A stretch of 64,000 nt of DNA from Synergistales bacterium. Lineage in GTDB: Bacteria > Synergistota > Synergistia > Synergistales > JAFGMB01. Shown here one piece after another: positions 18,876-27,585 of this stretch. How positions within the stretch are numbered: position 1 is the first letter of the stretch; each line of letters begins with the position of its first letter. A model generated the notes under the pieces. It was not told the DNA's origin and searched no databases. It worked only from the letters and a program-made list of their open reading frames with translations. Both the position numbers and the translations under genes were made by a program. The stretch covers positions 928,001 through 992,000 of the forward strand of contig OY762654.1 of NCBI GenBank assembly GCA_963666205.1, written 5' to 3'.

Positions 18876-19916
18876 TCAGGCAGGATAAAGGGGTCTCATT
18901 TCCAGACCACTTGTCTCTTCCAGACCAAGCATAAGGTTGGCACACTGAAGAGCGGAACCGGAAGCTCCCTTCATCAGATTATCAATGGCAGAAACAACGA
19001 TAAGTCTGTAACCGTCTTCATGGAGAGAAAATCCGGTAAGAACCCTGTTACTTCCCATTACAAGCCTCGGATCCGGCAGTCTGAGGTGGGAAGGCCTGGC
19101 AGGACAAAGATTCATAAAGGGTTCACCCTGGTAATATTTCCTGTAGATCTTCCACAGTTCTGATTCCTTCATCTTTCGTGCAAGTCTTACCTGGGCCAGC
19201 ATCTGTACACCTCTGACAATCCCGGCAGCCGTCATTGTCATTGTAAATAACTCTTCTGGAGTTTTCAGTTCCTGGATGATCTCTGCAAGGTGACGGTGCC
19301 TGAAGGGTTCATAAACTCTCAATGTTCTGCTTCGATAAGGATGATGGCTGCCCGTATTAGGGTTGGATCCTCCTTCGGAGGATCCAACCCTGAGTTCAAG
19401 CCTTGCATCCTCCAGCAGCCCTTCACTGGCAAGAGGAAAAAGACCAAGGATTGAACATGAAGCATTACATCCAACCCCGCTTACCAGGTCTGCCCCACGG
19501 ATCTCTTCCCTGTGGACTTCCGGCAGACCATAAACACTTCTTTCAAGGAGGTGGGGAGCACCATGGATTGAACCGTACCACTTTACATAGTCTCCGGGGT
19601 TGGAAAGCCTAACATCTGCAGAAAGATCTACAACTTTAACTTTTTTCTGAAGATATCGTTCTATTACCGGCCAGGAACTTCCATGGGGTAAAGCCAGAAA
19701 CACAAGATGACTGTCCCTCCCCAAGGCATCCTCGGGTGCGATGAATGTCGCCGAAGGAAAATCCTGACGAAGATGGGGATGTACATGCCAGACAGGCTGG
19801 CCAGCTCTGCTCCTGGAAACCGCTCCTTCCAGTTCTAATTCCGGATGACCGGCAAGAAGCCGCAAGAGTTCCCCTCCAGCCATTCCATTTGCACCCCATA
19901 CGATGATCCTGAACAT
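18876..19916 (-). CDS. lysY: [LysW]-aminoadipyl/glutamyl-phosphate reductase (ArgC family)
   Basis: FLALPHG, DLSAD, YGLPE, GCNA (catalytic Cys), GSSEGG, SHHPYR, IDNLMKGA. Confidence 0.9.
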   Translation of the reverse strand: MFRIIVWGANGMAGGELLRLLAGHPELELEGAVSRSRAGQPVWHVHPHLRQDFPSATFIAPEDALGRDSHLVFLALPHGSSWPVIERYLQKKVKVVDLSADVRLSNPGDYVKWYGSIHGAPHLLERSVYGLPEVHREEIRGADLVSGVGCNASCSILGLFPLASEGLLEDARLELRVGSSEGGSNPNTGSHHPYRSRTLRVYEPFRHRHLAEIIQELKTPEELFTMTMTAAGIVRGVQMLAQVRLARKMKESELWKIYRKYYQGEPFMNLCPARPSHLRLPDPRLVMGSNRVLTGFSLHEDGYRLIVVSAIDNLMKGASGSALQCANLMLGLEETSGLEMRPLYPA

Positions 19917-19971
19917 AATAGCAACCTCCTTGCAGTTAAATAGATCTTAAAGAACTATTGAATCCTCCGTT

Positions 19972-20101
19972 AAAAAATAAAACCCACATGGCCTCTGGCC
20001 AGTGGGTTAAAGGGATATTTTCAGTTTTGCCATAAAAGACCTCTTAAAGATCATCCCTTCAACCATAAAGAAATAGAGAACCTCCTCGCCTGAGGCTCTC
20101 T
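19972..20101 (-). promoter_or_regulatory. Putative attenuator/leader between lysX and lysY
   Basis: Terminator AACCCAC-TGGCC-AGA-GGCCA-T-GTGGGTT followed by TTATTTTTT; overlapping alternative stem GGTTGAAGGGAT/ATCCCTTTAACC; short Lys/Arg-containing ORF ending at the stem. Confidence 0.45.
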
Positions 20102-20173
20102 TCCCGTCCTGCTCTGCACTTTGATCTCGTGGAATAGAATCGCTGTTTATATAACAAGATAAAGTCCTTTCCT

Positions 20174-21013
20174 TTAATCCCTGGAGACCAGAGACCATGC
20201 ATGTTCGACTATCAGTTCAGGAAGGTCGACACCCGTAGTTTCGATAGAGCTTCTGAATTCGGGCTGGCCGTTGACTTCATTCAACAACCATCCATCCCGG
20301 GTCATAAAGAGGTCTACTGCAAGTATATCTCCACCAATCGCTCCATGAACCTGTTTCAGGATATTTTCAAGGGTACTATCCAGAGAAAACCCTTCCGCCC
20401 TGGCACCCCTTGCAGTATTGGTTATCCAGTGTTCACTGCATCGGCGAATAGCGGTTACAGGCTTTCCTCCAATAACTGTCGCCCTTAGATCCCATCCATC
20501 TTTTTCTATATACTTCTGAATAAAAAAGACCTGGTGCTGTGGTCCCATGTAAGATTTATGTTCAACAAGAGCTTCAACCGCATCCCTGTCGTTCATCTTG
20601 GCCAGTAACCTGCCCCAGCTTCCCACCGGCGGCTTGAATACAACAGGATAACCAAGTTGTTCAGAAGCCAGAACAGCTTCATCGGGGGAAAAGGCAACAC
20701 GATATGGAGGCTGGGATATCCCAGCATCATCAAGGACTGCAGCTGTAGCGATCTTGTCTCCACAGAGAGCTACGACTGAAGAAGGATTGACTGTTCGGAT
20801 CCCCTTAGACTCCAGAAGCTGACAGATGGCCTGGTTCTGAGTCTGGCTTACCACCCGGCCTACTGCAACATCCCCGGGAGATATATCCACATCAGGCCAA
20901 ATCAGACTTCTGACATCGATAAATTCAAAGGGAATTGCCAGCTTCTCAGCTGCTTTAAAAAGCTGTTTTTCCTCTGTTCTGAGCCTGGAGTAGAAAAACT
21001 TCAGGGAAGACAT
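20174..21013 (-). CDS. lysX: RimK/ATP-grasp family [LysW]-aminoadipate/glutamate ligase
   Basis: R.EEK, CGDK, KPPVGSWGRLL, HWITNTARG, NEVN; ATG at 21013 directly after the lysW stop. Confidence 0.92.
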   Translation of the reverse strand: MSSLKFFYSRLRTEEKQLFKAAEKLAIPFEFIDVRSLIWPDVDISPGDVAVGRVVSQTQNQAICQLLESKGIRTVNPSSVVALCGDKIATAAVLDDAGISQPPYRVAFSPDEAVLASEQLGYPVVFKPPVGSWGRLLAKMNDRDAVEALVEHKSYMGPQHQVFFIQKYIEKDGWDLRATVIGGKPVTAIRRCSEHWITNTARGARAEGFSLDSTLENILKQVHGAIGGDILAVDLFMTRDGWLLNEVNGQPEFRSSIETTGVDLPELIVEHAWSLVSRD

Positions 21014-21014
21014 C

Positions 21015-21182
21015 TTATTCTCCCCAATCCTCCTGAACTTCCGGCGCTTCTTCAACTGTCAGGGGATCCATGCTGACCAGCTCCAGTTCAGTTCCACAAT
21101 CAGGACATAACAAAAGTTCTCCCTCCATAACATCTTCCGGCATGGTAACGATACCTTCACATACAACACAATTGACAGTCAT
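21015..21182 (-). CDS. lysW: Amino-group carrier protein LysW (55 aa, absent from the ORF track)
   Basis: Hand translation MTVNCVVCEGIVTMPEDVMEGELLLCPDCGTELELVSMDPLTVEEAPEVQEDWGE*: two CxxC pairs, acidic, EDWGE terminus; AGGAGG RBS. Confidence 0.96.
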   Translation of the reverse strand: MTVNCVVCEGIVTMPEDVMEGELLLCPDCGTELELVSMDPLTVEEAPEVQEDWGE

Positions 21183-21214
21183 CTGTAATTCCTCCTAAAA
21201 AAATGTATGGGGGG

Positions 21215-21244
21215 ATTGTAAACTACAGTATATGATTTTGTCAA
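21215..21244 (-). promoter_or_regulatory. Sigma70-type promoter of lysW
   Basis: TTGACA-N18-TACAAT on the minus strand. Confidence 0.55.
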
Positions 21245-21338
21245 GTGGTGTACTTTTGTTTATTTTTATGAAATAAAAAAGGGAGGGAACCATGTTCACT
21301 TACCACGATCCCCCCCTATAACGGTCCCATAAATAAAT

Positions 21339-22970
21339 TTATCCGTGTCTCTGATCCTGTCCTCTCACTTTTGCGACATCAATAACAATAAATGAGAGGT
21401 TGTGGGCATGATCTCCTATTCTTTCCAGATTGCTCAGTATATCAATAAAGACAACCCCGGACGAAGGATGGCAATCTCCCACGTTAAGGCGTTTGATGTG
21501 ACGAAGCCGCAGTTCCTTTTCCATGGTATCTATTTTACTTTCAAGAATGTCTATTACCTCCCTGGCCTTCTCCACATCTTCACCCGCTATGGCTTCCAGG
21601 CTAAGTTCCAAAGCCAGATTGGTCGTACTGAACATCTCTTCAAATTCCTCCATAGCCTTTTCAGAAAAGGGGAGCCTGTTTTCCCTCTTGTAATCATAGA
21701 GCTCAATAAGATTCTGGGCATGGTCACCTATCCTTTCAAGATCTCCCAATCCGTTAATGTATGAGGATAGCACTATAGACAGATCCTGGGAAAGGCTTTT
21801 CTGCCAGAGTTCCGAGGAATACTGGGCAACCTTATGGGTAAGTTCGTTCACTATCTTCTCTGTCTGATTAACCTGTTCTATCATGTGAGCATCATCCAGC
21901 GTAAAGGCATTATGAACATCCATCATCATCTGACCTGCAAGATCTCCGATCCTCAGTATCTCCTGTCTCACAGCATCAACTGCAGCCGCAGGAGAGGCCT
22001 CGATTAGCCTGACATCAAGGAACTGTGGACCCGTGTATGAGATAGTCTCCTTTGACGGGATGACAAGCTGGATGATCTTCACGAAAAGGGATGTAAAGGG
22101 CAGAAAAAGAAGGGTGTTCGTAACGTTGAAAAGAGTATGGGCATTTGCAAGCTGCCTGGCGATATCCCCGGAGGTCATAATAACGGCACTCCTGAAGAGA
22201 GGAAGGATCAGCAGGAATATAACAACACCTATGACATTGAACAGCACATGTGCCGCGGCAGCCTGTTTGGCGCTACGGTTAGACCCCATACATGCTATAA
22301 CAGCTGTTATGGTGGTACCGATGTTATCTCCAAGGAGGATTGGAATTGCCGCATCCAGGCCGAAAAGTCCCTGGGTCGCCATGGCAATGGTCAGACCTAC
22401 CGTAGCAGAACTGGACTGTACAAGCATGGTCAGACCTGCTCCTGCCATCACACCAAGGAGCGGGTTATGGCTGAAAGCAAGGAATATATCCTGTCTTCCC
22501 CTGAGAAACTTCATGGAATCTCCCATATATTGCATCCCCAGAAAAAGAAGACCGAAGCCTACCAGTCCATTCCCAAGATATTTCTGCTTCTTGGTCCTTC
22601 CGAAAACAGAAAGCATCATACCAACAGCTATTATGGGAAGTGCATAATGTTTGATCTTGAAAGCAATTAGCTGGGCCGTTACTGTGGTGCCTATATTAGC
22701 TCCCATGATAACCCCGACTGCCTGTTTGAGGGTCATAAGCCCTGCATGCACGAAACTGACGCTCATTACCGTCGTAGCACTGCTGCTCTGTATCAGCACC
22801 GTGACAAGAGTTCCAACCAGTACTCCCTTGACAGGGGTGCTGGTAAGTGAAGATATAAGCTGACGCAGTCTGTCCCCGGCCAGATCCTGAAGGGATTCTC
22901 CCATAAGCTTGATAGCAAAGAGGAAAAGCCCTATTCCTCCAAGAAGTTGAAATATCGTCCCGCTGGACAT
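21339..22970 (-). CDS. Na/Pi cotransporter family protein with PhoU domains
   Basis: Two QSSS repeats, GANIGTT, GDNIGTT, LERIGDHA twice. Confidence 0.92.
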   Translation of the reverse strand: MSSGTIFQLLGGIGLFLFAIKLMGESLQDLAGDRLRQLISSLTSTPVKGVLVGTLVTVLIQSSSATTVMSVSFVHAGLMTLKQAVGVIMGANIGTTVTAQLIAFKIKHYALPIIAVGMMLSVFGRTKKQKYLGNGLVGFGLLFLGMQYMGDSMKFLRGRQDIFLAFSHNPLLGVMAGAGLTMLVQSSSATVGLTIAMATQGLFGLDAAIPILLGDNIGTTITAVIACMGSNRSAKQAAAAHVLFNVIGVVIFLLILPLFRSAVIMTSGDIARQLANAHTLFNVTNTLLFLPFTSLFVKIIQLVIPSKETISYTGPQFLDVRLIEASPAAAVDAVRQEILRIGDLAGQMMMDVHNAFTLDDAHMIEQVNQTEKIVNELTHKVAQYSSELWQKSLSQDLSIVLSSYINGLGDLERIGDHAQNLIELYDYKRENRLPFSEKAMEEFEEMFSTTNLALELSLEAIAGEDVEKAREVIDILESKIDTMEKELRLRHIKRLNVGDCHPSSGVVFIDILSNLERIGDHAHNLSFIVIDVAKVRGQDQRHG

Positions 22971-23203
22971 GTATTATTCCTCCCAAACCGGCATTTTAAA
23001 AAAACATCAGGTCATACATAAATATCTTTTTTAAAAACTTATGGTTTACGAATAGATTTTCAATACATTATTATCTCAAAACATTATTTTTTGTTATTAA
23101 ACCACGGAAAAGATAAACACAGTCATTTTAGCATTGATAGATCCCCTCTGAAGATGGAAATTCGCAGTCTTCAGAAAGTATAAGTCAGAAACTGTTCAGT
23201 TAT

Positions 23204-23260
23204 TATTCTATAAAGAGGGGACCGGAAACTCTCGTTTTCCGCCCCCCTCTTTATAGAATA
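23204..23260. terminator. Long hairpin/terminator between the two Na/Pi genes
   Basis: tattctataaagagggg...cccctctttatagaata inverted repeat. Confidence 0.65.
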
Positions 23261-23287
23261 CTTATAATAAATCTCTGACAGCTATTC

Positions 23288-24928
23288 CTATTTTTTCAGT
23301 TTGGGAATCCTCTGAATATTTCTCACACCTACCACGTCAAGAACTATATATGAAAGATTATGGGCATGATCCCCTATCCTTTCAAGGTTGCTCAGAATAT
23401 CTATGAACACGACTCCTGAAGATGGTTGGCACTTCCCCGTATTGAGTCGCTTGATATGGCTCTTGCGGAGCATTTTTTCCTTCCTGTCTATCTCTTTCTC
23501 AAGTACATCGATAACTTCTCTGGCCTTGGACTGGTTTTCTTCCGCCATGGCCTCGATACATAGATCGACAGCTCTTGAAGTGGTATTGAACATATCTTCA
23601 AATTCCTCCATACCCTTTTGAGAAAAAGAAAGCTTATGTTCAAACTTGTATTCAAAGAGTTCTATAAGATTCTGTGCATGGTCGCCTATCCTCTCGATAT
23701 CACCGAGTCCGTTGACATAAGAAGAAAGAACTATGGAGAGTTCTTCCGATAGACTCTTCTGGAAAAGCTCTGATGCATAAGAAGCGATAGTATGGGTTGT
23801 CTCATTCACTATCTTTTCTGTTCTGTTGACCTGATTTATCATGTGATAATCATTTTTTTCGAAGGCATCGAATACATAGGACATCATATTCTGGACCAGA
23901 CCGCCAAGGCGAATCAGCTCTTTCCTGACTGCATCCACACCTGCAGCCGGAGAAGCATTCACAAGTCTCCTGTCAAGGTATTGAGGACCTGTAAATACGA
24001 CCTCACCCCGGGAAGGTACCACTTTTTCTATGAGCCGGGAAAAAGGCCCTATAAAGGGAAGCAGGATAAGGGTATTTGTAATGTTAAAGAGAGTATGGGC
24101 ATTGGCCAGCTGACGGGCTATATCATGGGAAGTTAAAACAACTACTGATCTGAACAATGGAAGAATGGTCATAAAGATTATGGTTCCGATAACCTTGAAG
24201 AATACCTGCGAAACTGCCGCCTGTTTAGCTGTTCGTCCTAATCCCAGTGAAGCAATGACGGCTGTTATCGTTGTACCTATATTATCTCCGAAAAGTATAG
24301 GGATGGCTCCGTCAATATTGATCAGTCCCTGGGAAGCCATTACCATGGTCAGACCGACAGTGGCAGAACTTGACTGGACAAGCATGGTAAGTCCCGTACC
24401 GGCAAGAACACCAAGAAAGGGGTTGTCACTGAAGGCCAGAAATATATCCTGGCGATCCTTCAGAAAAGCCATAGCGCCCTCCATGTGTATCATTCCCAGA
24501 AAGAGGAGGGCAAATCCGACCATTCCGTTTCCCAGGTATTTCTGCCTCTTGTTTCTTCCAAAGACTGCAAAGATCATCCCTATTCCTACAAGGGGAAGTG
24601 CAAAATGTTTGATCTTGAAGGCAATGAGCTGTGCTGTGATCGTAGTACCTATTGCGGCTCCCATTATTACGCTTATTGCCTGTTTTAATCCCATGAGGCC
24701 GGCATGAACAAAACTGACTGCCATGACTGAAGTCGCACTGCTGCTTTGTATTACCATGGTAACTAAAGTTCCAACGAGTATTCCCTTTACAGGTGTACTC
24801 GTAAGTGAAGCTATCAACTGTCGAAGTCTGTCTCCTGCCAGGTCCTGCAGGGAATCACCCATCAACTTTATGCCATAAAGGAAAAGACCTACTCCTCCGA
24901 GGAGTTGAAAGGCCATTGCTGTATTCAT
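23288..24928 (-). CDS. Na/Pi cotransporter family protein, tandem paralogue
   Basis: Same QSSS and PhoU architecture; long identical blocks shared with the neighbour; GGAGG RBS before ATG 24928. Confidence 0.92.
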   Translation of the reverse strand: MNTAMAFQLLGGVGLFLYGIKLMGDSLQDLAGDRLRQLIASLTSTPVKGILVGTLVTMVIQSSSATSVMAVSFVHAGLMGLKQAISVIMGAAIGTTITAQLIAFKIKHFALPLVGIGMIFAVFGRNKRQKYLGNGMVGFALLFLGMIHMEGAMAFLKDRQDIFLAFSDNPFLGVLAGTGLTMLVQSSSATVGLTMVMASQGLINIDGAIPILFGDNIGTTITAVIASLGLGRTAKQAAVSQVFFKVIGTIIFMTILPLFRSVVVLTSHDIARQLANAHTLFNITNTLILLPFIGPFSRLIEKVVPSRGEVVFTGPQYLDRRLVNASPAAGVDAVRKELIRLGGLVQNMMSYVFDAFEKNDYHMINQVNRTEKIVNETTHTIASYASELFQKSLSEELSIVLSSYVNGLGDIERIGDHAQNLIELFEYKFEHKLSFSQKGMEEFEDMFNTTSRAVDLCIEAMAEENQSKAREVIDVLEKEIDRKEKMLRKSHIKRLNTGKCQPSSGVVFIDILSNLERIGDHAHNLSYIVLDVVGVRNIQRIPKLKK

Positions 24929-25134
24929 TGGCAAACCTCCAGAATTGAAACAGGGTTCTTCTAATACTGTGGAATAACTGCCGGATTCTCAAACCGAATC
25001 ATCATACCATATGAATCGCCATGGGTAGACCATAAAAGAGAAATTATTTCAACATATGGGGAAAAATTCTTTCCTTGTCAACTCTTCTGGAACAGAAATC
25101 CAGAGTCTGTCCGGAGGAACCTGCAAGATGAGTA

Positions 25135-27432
25135 TCAACTATCCCCTCCAGGTTGTTCCTGGACTTTTTCAGAACCCATCCCGGGGATAACATCCACGTG
25201 AACATCCATCTGGGGAAAGGCTATGACAATACCATTTTTCGCGAATCTGCTATCTATCATGTAACGCATATCACTTGCAACGAAAAACCTTGATGCTTCC
25301 TTCATGTCCACGTAAAAGTACAATTCGAAAAGGAGGGCACTGTCTCCGAATTCGCGGAACACAACGTAAGGATCAGGCTTTTTCAAGACCTTTGAGTGGT
25401 CCTGGGCAACTTTGAGAAGAAGTTTTTCAACTTCTCTCACAGGGGAGCCATAGGCCACCCCCACATTGACAACTCCCCGGATAAGTTTGTCACTATGGGT
25501 CCAGTTGATTATTTTATTGTTCAGAAAATGACTGTTGGGGATCATTATCTCAACGTTATCAAAATCCCTTACTGTGGTGGCCCTGGATCCTATCTCCACA
25601 ACAGTGGCCACGTTATCGTCAACCTGGACAATATCGTTCACCTTGAAGGGTTTCTCAAACATGATAATGAAACCTGTTATGAGGTTGCTGAAAATGTTCT
25701 GGGCACCAAAACCTATGGCAATGGCAAGGGCACCACCAAGGAATGCAAAGGCTGTCAATGGGATGTTGACCATCTTCAGAGTGATGAGTATGAAGGTTAT
25801 AATGAGAACGTAATAGGATATTTTCTGAATAGCCATTGTGGCCGACGGGTCTACATTTCTTTTTTCCAGTCTCCCCTTTACAGCCATGGTCATTTTATTA
25901 CTTATGGAAAGCCCGGTAACAAGGATCAGGATAGCCAGAATAAGTTTTCTGACGGTCATGGAATACCCATCTCCGGACCACAGTTCTGTCTGTAATATTC
26001 CTAATATCCTCTCTCGTCCAAAGGTGGATACTTTCTTCGTTAACTGGACAGCGGCCAGTTTGTCTTCAACTTCTTCCAGGAGACGGCTGTTCAGCGAAAG
26101 GATCATGCTCAGTTTTGAAGTGTAATTCAGGTGATCATCTTCAAGATACTTCTCAAGGGCAAGGGCGATACCTTTAAGATAAGGCTCTGCCTTTTTATTG
26201 ATATCAGACCTCGAAAGCTCCTCTTCAGCGGCAGTGAGGAGGGAATTGATCGACGAAAGACGCTCCTGTTCCTCCAGAAGGTTATGTTCAAGCTTGTCGA
26301 TCCTGGCCGATATGCTGTTCCTGATCTCGAAGAGGGTCTCTGTCTTTGTATCCCCATTGAGCAGGGAATATCGTGAACGCCATATATTCTGGGCTTCGGC
26401 AAAATATTGCAGGATCTCCTCGCTGTGTTCTATCCTTGACTGGTAATATTCCCACCAGGTCTGCTGTTCCTTCAGTGCTATATTGGCAATTAGCAGTTTG
26501 TCCGGGTCCTGAGTCGTCTCAACAGCAGCCTGGGCCTTGATGAGGTTCTGTTCTACCTTAACCCTTTCCGTTTCCAGGATTTCCATTTCCTTTTTCAGGC
26601 TCTCAATATTTTTCTGAAGATCCTCAACCTGTTTCTGGAGATCTGCAGCATCGTAGTGCAGGTTGTCCCTGATCCAGTTTATTCCCTGGGAATTCCTGTC
26701 TCGCACTATTTGAGAGGATTCTATCTCGATCTTAAGATTGGAATCCTTTATCCCCTGGAAATCAAGAATAACGCTGTAAAGTTCCGATTCAGTCTGGGCT
26801 GTACGGTATTCCCAGGCCAGTTCGGGAACAGAGCCCTGCTCTACCTTCTCGACCTGTTCCTTGAGTATCCGTACCCTGCTCGAGGCCTTTTCAAAGGCAG
26901 ATTTTGCAACATTGCGGGCTGACTCGACCTGAGCTCTTGAACGTTTAAGGGTTTTTATTTTGTTATCAAGGGCTTCAAGATTTCTGAGATAGGTTTCATA
27001 AAAGGAAAGGGAATAGGGAGGTTTTTCCGGCACAAGAGATTCCACCGCCTGCTCGGCAGTGCTATTGAGCCTCTCCATCTCCTTGGAGAGAGTGTCTCTT
27101 TTTTCAAGGGCGGTGATGATACGCCTGTAATAGGATGTAGTCGCATTAAGACGAACGATCTGGTTTGAAACCTCTGTTTCGGGGATGCCGTTCTGAACAG
27201 CAAAAATAGAGTTATCCGTCTTTTCCCATTCAGAAAGGCGAACATTGATTTCATCCAGTCTTTTCTGGAAAGTGTCCTTTTCAGAAAGAACGGTCTGTTC
27301 TGACTGGCTATCGGAAGGAGAGGCCGAAAGAGGCTTGTCCTGGGCCCCTGCAGATATGCAGAAAAGGGTCAACAGAACAGTCAATAACAGAATTACTGAA
27401 ACGGACCGCCGAAAACATCTGTATTCTCTCAT
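25135..27432 (-). CDS. Large MscS-family mechanosensitive channel with periplasmic coiled-coil (MscK-like)
   Basis: Signal peptide, long helical region, GALAIAIGFGAQNIFSN, IPNS, INWT, VGVAYGS, FGDSAL, IAFPQMDVH. Confidence 0.9.
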   Translation of the reverse strand: MREYRCFRRSVSVILLLTVLLTLFCISAGAQDKPLSASPSDSQSEQTVLSEKDTFQKRLDEINVRLSEWEKTDNSIFAVQNGIPETEVSNQIVRLNATTSYYRRIITALEKRDTLSKEMERLNSTAEQAVESLVPEKPPYSLSFYETYLRNLEALDNKIKTLKRSRAQVESARNVAKSAFEKASSRVRILKEQVEKVEQGSVPELAWEYRTAQTESELYSVILDFQGIKDSNLKIEIESSQIVRDRNSQGINWIRDNLHYDAADLQKQVEDLQKNIESLKKEMEILETERVKVEQNLIKAQAAVETTQDPDKLLIANIALKEQQTWWEYYQSRIEHSEEILQYFAEAQNIWRSRYSLLNGDTKTETLFEIRNSISARIDKLEHNLLEEQERLSSINSLLTAAEEELSRSDINKKAEPYLKGIALALEKYLEDDHLNYTSKLSMILSLNSRLLEEVEDKLAAVQLTKKVSTFGRERILGILQTELWSGDGYSMTVRKLILAILILVTGLSISNKMTMAVKGRLEKRNVDPSATMAIQKISYYVLIITFILITLKMVNIPLTAFAFLGGALAIAIGFGAQNIFSNLITGFIIMFEKPFKVNDIVQVDDNVATVVEIGSRATTVRDFDNVEIMIPNSHFLNNKIINWTHSDKLIRGVVNVGVAYGSPVREVEKLLLKVAQDHSKVLKKPDPYVVFREFGDSALLFELYFYVDMKEASRFFVASDMRYMIDSRFAKNGIVIAFPQMDVHVDVIPGMGSEKVQEQPGGDS

Positions 27433-27536
27433 AAAGGTCCCTCCTCTTAAATATGATGGAATGGATCGCACTTCTATTGTAACAATACTTCAGGTCTTTA
27501 CAAGGACTGAACGGGTCAGAAAGACCTGTCTGCATT

Positions 27537-27559
27537 AAAAAGGCGGGCTGGGCCCGCCT
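27537..27559 (-). terminator. Intrinsic terminator
   Basis: aggcgggc/gcccgcct stem with T run on the minus strand. Confidence 0.65.
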
Positions 27560-27585
27560 CGGTCTGTCTCTTCAGTTTTCAGGGA

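Noticed and set aside
19917-20173. T-box or lysine riboswitch in the lysX-lysY gap
   Set aside because: No GGTGGNACC T-box sequence or L-box conserved blocks recognised; kept only as an unknown attenuator candidate
20174-21055. ORF-track N-terminal extension of LysX (MKKRRKFRRIGENK)
   Set aside because: It overlaps the true lysW gene; the start is the ATG at 21013
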